NCBI GenBank assembly: GCA_016875315.1
Contig: VGRQ01000003.1
Span: 1 to 41,118 of the forward strand
Direction: 5' to 3'
DNA: 41,118 bases
Source: Deltaproteobacteria bacterium
Lineage (GTDB): Bacteria; Myxococcota_A; UBA796; SXON01
Shown here: piece by piece, positions 35,159-41,118 of the stretch
How the letters are laid out: each line of letters starts with the position of its first letter
How positions within the stretch are numbered: the first letter of the stretch is position 1
Made by a program: the position numbers and the translations under genes
The notes under the pieces: model-generated
What the model saw: only the letters and a program-made list of their open reading frames with translations
Database searches by the model: none
What the model was told of the DNA's origin: nothing

Positions 35159-35914
35159 CTACCCGCAGTCGAGGAACTCGCGCCCGAGATCCCACGTCTT
35201 GACCAGGGTGGAGAAACTCGCCGGCCGCGCCGCGCACACCTCCTCGGCCAGCGCCTCGGCGTCGGCCCAGGCATCGACGTACTCCACGTGGAACACCGCC
35301 TTGCCGGCGTCGATGAAGGGTTCCACCCGCGCACACTCGTCGTAGGCCACGCACTCCTCGTTCAGCGCCCAGTCGAAGTCGGGCTCCAGCTCGCGCACCT
35401 GGTCGAGGTCGTTCTTCAGGCCGACGGAGAGGCCTCGGTCGTGGGCCGCCCCGGCGAGGAAACGGTTGTAGTCGAGCTGGTCGCTCGCAGCGAGGTCGAA
35501 GCCGTTGTCGTTGGCGTAGCCATCCACGTTGTCGGGCTCGACGGCGTCGCAGCCGCGTTGCACCGCGTGGTCGAGGCGCGCTTCCATGAGCGACCGGACG
35601 GTGCTGTCGCGAGTGTCGAGCCAGCGCTCGCCTGCCCAGCCATCGAGGGCCTCGCCGAGCGCCGCCTCGGGGAAGTCGCCCGCGTCGTCGCGCCAGTCCT
35701 CGTGGCTCCCGGCGGAGAAGTAGCAGATGACCACGCGGCCGGCCTCGCGCAGGTCGTCGATGGCGCGGTCGGGCGCGTCGAAGAGGTCGACGTCGTAGGC
35801 GGCCACGTCGATGCCCGTGTCGACCTGCCCGCTGAGCTGCCACTGCCAGGTGGTGCCGGGCGGGGGCGCCCAGCGCTCGGCGTCGTTGGTGCAGGCCGCG
35901 AGAAAGAGCCACAT
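35159..35914 (-). CDS. GH114 endo-alpha-1,4-polygalactosaminidase-like lipoprotein
   Basis: WQWQL, YDVDLFD, ICYFSAGS.EDWR.D, EPDNVD, GLKND, NEEC, VFHVEY; ATG 35914 with TATCCT 6 nt upstream. Confidence 0.92.
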   Translation of the reverse strand: MWLFLAACTNDAERWAPPPGTTWQWQLSGQVDTGIDVAAYDVDLFDAPDRAIDDLREAGRVVICYFSAGSHEDWRDDAGDFPEAALGEALDGWAGERWLDTRDSTVRSLMEARLDHAVQRGCDAVEPDNVDGYANDNGFDLAASDQLDYNRFLAGAAHDRGLSVGLKNDLDQVRELEPDFDWALNEECVAYDECARVEPFIDAGKAVFHVEYVDAWADAEALAEEVCAARPASFSTLVKTWDLGREFLDCG

Positions 35915-35958
35915 GGGCCAAGGATAGCACCCCGCCAGAGGACAACGCCCGGTGGCCC

Positions 35959-36513
35959 TCAGGACCGGGTGATGCTGTCGAGCGTTCGCCGCTCGGGCAC
36001 CGCGTGCAGCGACTCTCCGGCCAAGTCGACGTAGAGCTCCCCCTCGTTGACCGACACCGACCACCCGGTGCGCTTCTCTAGCCTCGCGGCGAGGGCAGCG
36101 ATGAAAGTCCGGTCGAGGATCACGACCTCCACTCGCTCGGGCGCGTGGACCTTCTGGCCCTGGAGCTGGCGAAGCCACGCCGACGGCTCCTTGTGACAGT
36201 ACACCCGGACGCGCCCGCAGGCCTTGCTCGCCCTGTGCAGCCGGGCGGCGTCGGGGGTGCCCACCTCGATCCAAGCCCGCAGTTGCCCGGTGAGGTCGTG
36301 TACCCAGAGGGCGGGCTCGTCGGCGTTGCTCAGCCCGCCGGAGAAGGCGAGCCCCTCCTCCAGCTCCAGGGCGTACGCCAGCACGCGCGCCACGAGGTAC
36401 TCGGCGCTCTCGGAGGGATGGCGGGCCACCTTCAGGGCGAGGGACTCGTACAGCCCCCGGTCGACGTCGGACAGGGCCACGTCGAAGTTGTGGACGGTGG
36501 CGGTGAGGGCCAT
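35959..36513 (-). CDS. yaeQ: YaeQ family protein
   Basis: MALTAT, SDVDRG.Y, ARHPSE, GLS..DEPALW..DLTG, WIEVG.PD..RLHRA motifs. Confidence 0.93.
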   Translation of the reverse strand: MALTATVHNFDVALSDVDRGLYESLALKVARHPSESAEYLVARVLAYALELEEGLAFSGGLSNADEPALWVHDLTGQLRAWIEVGTPDAARLHRASKACGRVRVYCHKEPSAWLRQLQGQKVHAPERVEVVILDRTFIAALAARLEKRTGWSVSVNEGELYVDLAGESLHAVPERRTLDSITRS

Positions 36514-36521
36514 CCGCGCGG

Positions 36522-37520
36522 CTAACGCGGAGGCCGGAGCGCCCGGCGACGAAGGCCCACGAGCGCCCCGGCGAGCGCCGGCACCCACCCGGCCTCCACC
36601 GGCAGGCCGCACACGCCCACCTCGTAGGACATCGACGTGATCGCGCCCTCGACGCCGCCGCTGCCGTCGGCTTGCCCGAGATCGTCGCAGGCGGGCGCGG
36701 GCAGCTCGTGGCCGATCTGGTCCTCGATCCAGTCGATCGCCGCGTCGGGGCGCGTGTAGATGCCGCCCTCCGAGCAAGGCAGCCGGGCGTCGCCGTAGCC
36801 GCGCGAGGTGATGCCCACGAGGTAGGCGCCGTCGTCCGTCACCAGGTAGAGCGGGCCGCCGGAGTCGCCGAAGCAGGCATCGACGCCGCCCCCGCCCGCG
36901 CCGAGCTCGCCCGCGGGCGACACGCGCTCGTTGCAGCCTCGATCGAGATCGGTGCAGTCCGGGTCCTGCACCTCGGTGTAGCCCTCGTTCAGCCGGGTGC
37001 CGTACACCTCGCCGCGCTTGTCGGTGGCGCCGTACCCCACCACCGCCACGCTGGCGCCCACGTCGAGCCACTCGTCGAGGGCGCAGGACTGCGCGATCAC
37101 TCGCGGTTCCACCGTGGAGGCGTGCTCGAGGAACACCAGCGCCAGGTCGTAGGTGCGCGCCCACTTCGGGTAGGCCACCACCTTGCGCGCGGCGATGCGC
37201 TCCCCCCCCTGCTCGAAGTCGACCGTGTCGAGCTTCACGGCGGTGATGCCCTCGGCGCAGTGCCCGGCGGTGAGCACCACGTCGGGGGCGACGAGCACGC
37301 CGGTGCACCCCACCTCGCGGCCGAAGTAGATCGCGGCCACGTCGGGCCAGGCGCCTGGAGAGGCGGGGGAACCGCCGGTGACCGGCTGGTCGTCGGCGCC
37401 ATCGTTCTCGCCGGGCGCGTCGACGTCGCCGGGGAGGGCGTCGGTGGCCTCGGTGGCCTCGGGGGAGGCGCTGTCGAGCGGGACCGCGGCGAGGGCAAAG
37501 GACAAGAGGGGAAGGACCAA
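36522..37520 (-). CDS. Trypsin-like (S1) serine protease with MYXO-CTERM-like anchor
   Basis: LTAGHC, DLAL, DACFGDSGGP triad; C-terminal GVCG-hydrophobic-LRRR. Start uncertain (TTG 37520, GTG 37529 or 37574). Confidence 0.88.
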   Translation of the reverse strand: MVLPLLSFALAAVPLDSASPEATEATDALPGDVDAPGENDGADDQPVTGGSPASPGAWPDVAAIYFGREVGCTGVLVAPDVVLTAGHCAEGITAVKLDTVDFEQGGERIAARKVVAYPKWARTYDLALVFLEHASTVEPRVIAQSCALDEWLDVGASVAVVGYGATDKRGEVYGTRLNEGYTEVQDPDCTDLDRGCNERVSPAGELGAGGGGVDACFGDSGGPLYLVTDDGAYLVGITSRGYGDARLPCSEGGIYTRPDAAIDWIEDQIGHELPAPACDDLGQADGSGGVEGAITSMSYEVGVCGLPVEAGWVPALAGALVGLRRRALRPPR

Positions 37521-37692
37521 GATTTCCACCAGGAACTCCGGGGCGAGGGGTTGCACCGGTTCCGACACCGGCACCCGCCGTGGCGTGACCCCGCGGAAGA
37601 TCCGTTGCAGGGGGCGACAGGCGGTGACCAGCGGGGCCGCCGTCGCTGTTGCCCGCCGGTGGGCGCCGCCTCGCGCCGGCTACACTGCCTCG

Positions 37693-39324
37693 ATGTTGCC
37701 CCTCCTCGCCTGCGCTGCCTCGATCCCCGGCCCGGCCGGCGAGGCCTCCGTGGCGAGCGCCGACGACACCGCGGCCGACACCGCGGCCGAGCTCGTCGGC
37801 GGGCCCGAGGAGATCGACCCCAGCGACGCGGTGTTCGACGCCTCGGTGGTACACCGCATCGACATCGAGATCGACCCGGCCGCCTGGTACGACATCCAGT
37901 ACAACTACGCGGCGGAAACCTGGTGGACGGCGGACTTCTCCTTCGACGGGGAGACGGTGACCGACGTGGGGATCCGCGCGTTCGGGGCGGGGAGCCAGGT
38001 GGCGGGCAAGACGCCGATCAAGTTGAGCTTCGACCGCGTGGTCGACGGGCAGGAGTTCCGGGGCCTGGAACAACTCAAGCTCGACGGCAGCACGCAGGAC
38101 GCCGGCTTTCTCAACGACCCGCTGGCGGCTTGGGTGCTGCGGGAACTGGACCTGCCGGCGGCGCGCATGAGCTGGGCGACGGTGTACGCCAACGGGGAAC
38201 AGTGGGGCTTCTACGTGGTGATGGAGCCCATCGACGACGTGTTTCTCCGGCGCCACTTCGAGGACGACGAGGGACCGCTCTACGGCACCTGGGACTGGCG
38301 CTACGGCCAGGGCCTCAACCCCATCACCTGGGGCGGGCCGCTCGACTGGTACGTGCCACAGACCAACGTGGAGACCGACGGCAGCGACATCGTCGCCGCG
38401 ATGACGGCGGTGGCGAGCGGCAGCGACGAGGAGCTGGCCGCCACCGTGGAGACCGAGCCCTTCCAGCGCATCTCGGCCACCCGCGCGATGATGGGCGCCA
38501 TCGACATGTTCGCCGCCGACGGCAACAACTTCTACCTCTACAATCACCAGGGCCGGATCACGATGATCCCCTGGGACATGGACGCCGACCTCGGCTACCC
38601 GGGCTACTTCATCAACGCGGTGGAGATGGGCCTGGAGGAGCCGTGGTTGTGGTCACACGCGCGCTACAACCCGGTGACCGGCGCGCTCTACAGCGACCCG
38701 CTCTACGCCCGGACGCTCGCCCAGGGCTGGGACCTCGCGGGCTGGGTGGATCATGCCACGTCGGGTCCGCTCGACTGGGCGACCATCGACGCCAAGGTGG
38801 TGGAGTGCGCGAGCACGATTCACGACGCCGCCTGCGAGGACAGTTACCACGGCTGTGGTAGCCACGAGCGGCGCGTGGCCGACCTGCGCATGTTCTTGCA
38901 CACGCGATTGTCGCGAATCGCCGGTGCCGAGGTGGCGGACTGTCCCGGGCCCACGTCGCTGTCCTTCTCGTCCGGTGGCGTGGTGGTCCCCCCCGACGCC
39001 ACCTACTGGGGGCCGGGCTTCGTCGTCAACGGCGAGCACCACTGCAACGGGGTCTACGCCGGCGCGCCGGCCACGCTGGTCACCACCGTGGAGGCCGGTA
39101 CGCTCAGCGGCGCGGTGGGACAGCACGACTGGGTGCAGTATTGCTCGGGCACTTCCGTGTTCAGCGTGTCGCAGGGGGGCGTGGTCTTGTGGCAGAGCGA
39201 GGCGGTGGGCCCGTATGCCAGCGCGGTGCCCTTCGAGGTGAGCGTGGCGGCCGGGGAGGTGACCTTGTCCACCACCCTGTCGGGCAACTGTGCGGCGGCG
39301 AGCTGGGTGGGGGTGGGGCAGTAG
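37693..39324 (+). CDS. CotH kinase family lipoprotein with C-terminal NPCBM-like beta domain
   Basis: K.PIKLSFD, GFYVVMEPID, NNFYLY, IPWDMD; MLPLLAC start with TACACT 6 nt upstream. Confidence 0.85.
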   Translation: MLPLLACAASIPGPAGEASVASADDTAADTAAELVGGPEEIDPSDAVFDASVVHRIDIEIDPAAWYDIQYNYAAETWWTADFSFDGETVTDVGIRAFGAGSQVAGKTPIKLSFDRVVDGQEFRGLEQLKLDGSTQDAGFLNDPLAAWVLRELDLPAARMSWATVYANGEQWGFYVVMEPIDDVFLRRHFEDDEGPLYGTWDWRYGQGLNPITWGGPLDWYVPQTNVETDGSDIVAAMTAVASGSDEELAATVETEPFQRISATRAMMGAIDMFAADGNNFYLYNHQGRITMIPWDMDADLGYPGYFINAVEMGLEEPWLWSHARYNPVTGALYSDPLYARTLAQGWDLAGWVDHATSGPLDWATIDAKVVECASTIHDAACEDSYHGCGSHERRVADLRMFLHTRLSRIAGAEVADCPGPTSLSFSSGGVVVPPDATYWGPGFVVNGEHHCNGVYAGAPATLVTTVEAGTLSGAVGQHDWVQYCSGTSVFSVSQGGVVLWQSEAVGPYASAVPFEVSVAAGEVTLSTTLSGNCAAASWVGVGQ

Positions 39325-39327
39325 GGC

Positions 39328-40995
39328 TTACCTCCCCACCAACTGATCCCTCACCGACTGCGGATAACTCTGCACCGTGGCCACGGTATAATCGAGGTAG
39401 TAGTCGTGTGTCGACATCCCGAATTCCTTGCGGGGGTCGATCTCGATGTAGGGCCGCAGCCAGTCGGCGAGGTCGGTCGCCACCCCGTCGAGCTCGAGGT
39501 CGTCCATCGTGTAGGTGGCCTCTTCGAGGATCTCGTTGTACCGGTCGTAACAACTGTCGATGGCGAGGCAGAAGGTGAACAGTCGCCCGTAGCCGCTCCA
39601 GGGGCCGTAGTACGCGGTCATGAAGGTCTGGTCGGTGCCCCAGGGGATGATCTGGAACTGGCCGGTCGTCGGGTCTTTGTAGAGGCGGTAGTTGTTGCGC
39701 GTGGTGTAGCCGTCCCAGTGCAGCGCCACCGCCTCCACCGCCATGTTGCGGAGGAACTCGTCCATGTCCACCATCGTCTCCACCTCGGCCAGCACCGCCT
39801 CGTTGCTGCCCTGGTCGAGCACCGCGATCAGCTCGGTGAGATCGGACCGATCGGAGGAGTCCGGTCCCTCGTCGTACTCGAAGCTGTTCTCGTAGCCGCT
39901 GTAGAGGTCGACCCCGTAGGCGCCCTCGAACAGCGGGCCGGAGCTGTCGGCATACCAGCGGTCGAGGAAACGGTCGTCGATGCTCTCCATGATGAGGTAG
40001 AGCCCGTAGTCCTGCCCGTTGACGGTCACCCAGGCGTAGCCCTGCCGCGGCGCGGGCACCCCCATCTCCCGGTACAGGGTGTAGGCCATGTACTCGTGGA
40101 CGTAGGTGACGTCTTGCACCATGTTGTTGAGGGTGAGCGTCTCGATCCCGTGCCAGCGGCGGTCATCGTACTCGTTGAGGTCGAGCTTGAAGCCACACTT
40201 CTGGTCGAGCGTCCGGCTACTGCCCACGTAGGCCTTCAGTCGCACCTGCACGTCGGGAAACTCGCCCTCGGGGAAGGTGACGCTGCCGTCTACCCACGTG
40301 AGCCGGCTGGCCCGGAGCGAGGCCATCGCCGCGTCGGACAGGCCGATCTCGATGGGGATGATCTCGTCGAGCTGGAACACCAGGTTGGTGGGGTCGAGGT
40401 CGGTGTCGCCGGTGGCGGGATTCTCGCTCCCGGCCGAGGTGTGGATGGTGAGTCCCCACTCGCCGCCGTCGGGCAGCCGCGCCCAGGCCACGTCGCGGGG
40501 TAGCTCGCCGAGGGCGATCCGGTCGGACACGCGGCTCTCGACGGTGAGCGTGAGCTGGTCGCCGTCGCCATCGAGGGCGAAGGGGGCGTGCTCCGGGCCG
40601 GCGTCGGGATTGCCGTCGGCGATGATGACGTAGCGCGCGCCGGGCTCCAGCGTGCCCTCGCTGCCGAGCCAGAGCACGTCGCCGCTGTCGGCGAGCGCGA
40701 GGTGAGCCAGGGGGACCGCCTCCGCAGACGCGTTGTAGATCTCCACCCAGTCGGGCCAGGATCCGTCGCCGCCATCCCAGGTGGAGTCGTTGCGGGAGAC
40801 GATCTCGTTGAGTAAGACCCTTGGCGGGTCCGGGTCGGGGGGCGTCCCGGTGTCGACCGGCGCGGGCTCGTCGGTGTCGCGCGAGTCGAGGACCACGCCG
40901 GTGTCGGGGCGCTCGAAGCTGGGGACCGGCTCGATCGCGCCCGTGGCCGACTGGGTGACAGTGGGCGTGTCGGTGCAGGCGAGGAGCAGGAGCAC
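39328..40995 (-). CDS. Lamin-tail-domain + CotH kinase family lipoprotein
   Basis: LNEI...DWVEIYN (LTD); FKLDLN, LTLNN, GLYLIMESID, WDGY, NNYRLY, IPWGTD. Confidence 0.9.
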   Translation of the reverse strand: MLLLLACTDTPTVTQSATGAIEPVPSFERPDTGVVLDSRDTDEPAPVDTGTPPDPDPPRVLLNEIVSRNDSTWDGGDGSWPDWVEIYNASAEAVPLAHLALADSGDVLWLGSEGTLEPGARYVIIADGNPDAGPEHAPFALDGDGDQLTLTVESRVSDRIALGELPRDVAWARLPDGGEWGLTIHTSAGSENPATGDTDLDPTNLVFQLDEIIPIEIGLSDAAMASLRASRLTWVDGSVTFPEGEFPDVQVRLKAYVGSSRTLDQKCGFKLDLNEYDDRRWHGIETLTLNNMVQDVTYVHEYMAYTLYREMGVPAPRQGYAWVTVNGQDYGLYLIMESIDDRFLDRWYADSSGPLFEGAYGVDLYSGYENSFEYDEGPDSSDRSDLTELIAVLDQGSNEAVLAEVETMVDMDEFLRNMAVEAVALHWDGYTTRNNYRLYKDPTTGQFQIIPWGTDQTFMTAYYGPWSGYGRLFTFCLAIDSCYDRYNEILEEATYTMDDLELDGVATDLADWLRPYIEIDPRKEFGMSTHDYYLDYTVATVQSYPQSVRDQLVGR

Positions 40996-41009
40996 GGGTG
41001 AAGCTTAGC

Positions 41010-41118
41010 TCAGCTTCGGCGCCGGGCGAACACCGCGAGGAGCCCGAGCCACGCGGGCCACGCGCCGGCGCTGTCGCAACCGCAGCCGGCGGGCGGCTCC
41101 TCCTTGCCGGGCGGCGCG
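41010..41118 (-). CDS. 3' end of a MYXO-CTERM-anchored protein (partial)
   Basis: Translates as ...KEEPPAGCGCDSAGAWPAWLGLLAVFARRRS-stop: GCGC, hydrophobic stretch, Arg cluster. Confidence 0.8.
   Translation of the reverse strand, partial: APPGKEEPPAGCGCDSAGAWPAWLGLLAVFARRRS

Noticed and set aside
35959-38547. 862-aa ORF (giant YaeQ fusion)
   Set aside because: Only the last 184 aa are YaeQ; the remainder overlaps the protease and CotH genes in shadow frames.
1-41118. tRNA, rRNA, riboswitch or anti-phage defence genes
   Set aside because: None recognisable by eye; covariance-model and defence HMM searches were not run, so small RNAs cannot be excluded.

Overview
Very GC-rich bacterial DNA, most likely an uncultured Myxococcota/Deltaproteobacteria-like organism. 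The inference rests on MYXO-CTERM tails, AgmX/TonB-C-like domains, CotH/LTD and FG-GAP lipoproteins. I count about 30 real CDSs; most other ORFs in the track are GC-rich shadow ORFs. No rRNA, tRNA, CRISPR, integrase or transposase was seen. The window holds: (1) a tandem GGCT protein; (2) a stand-alone KR-ACP-C-A-PCP-C-reductase PKS/NRPS whose terminal domain resembles acyl-ACP reductase and whose A domain lacks the amino-binding Asp; (3) a decayed tetR-alkB-DMT block that is part of a tandem duplication, with a two-gene cassette (arylsulfotransferase-like plus FG-GAP lipoprotein) inserted; (4) a 557-aa signal-less beta-barrel-like protein followed by a REP-like hairpin array; (5) an AAA-DUF1015-methyltransferase operon; (6) an FhaA-like / PP2C / Ser-Thr kinase module; (7) Ald-like, amidohydrolase and GAF-HD-GYP genes, lspA-lgt and ETF-QO; (8) a ~900-bp direct repeat encoding paralogous proteins with clustered variation around a 5-heme cytochrome; (9) GH114, YaeQ, an S1 protease and two convergent CotH kinases. 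Two patterns span the window. Many genes have TAnnnT boxes 6-8 nt before the start codon, consistent with leaderless mRNAs. Several lipoproteins have ultra-short, uncharged signal peptides, and in two of them an in-frame stop rules out a longer N-terminus. All family assignments come from motif recognition by eye; no database search was run.
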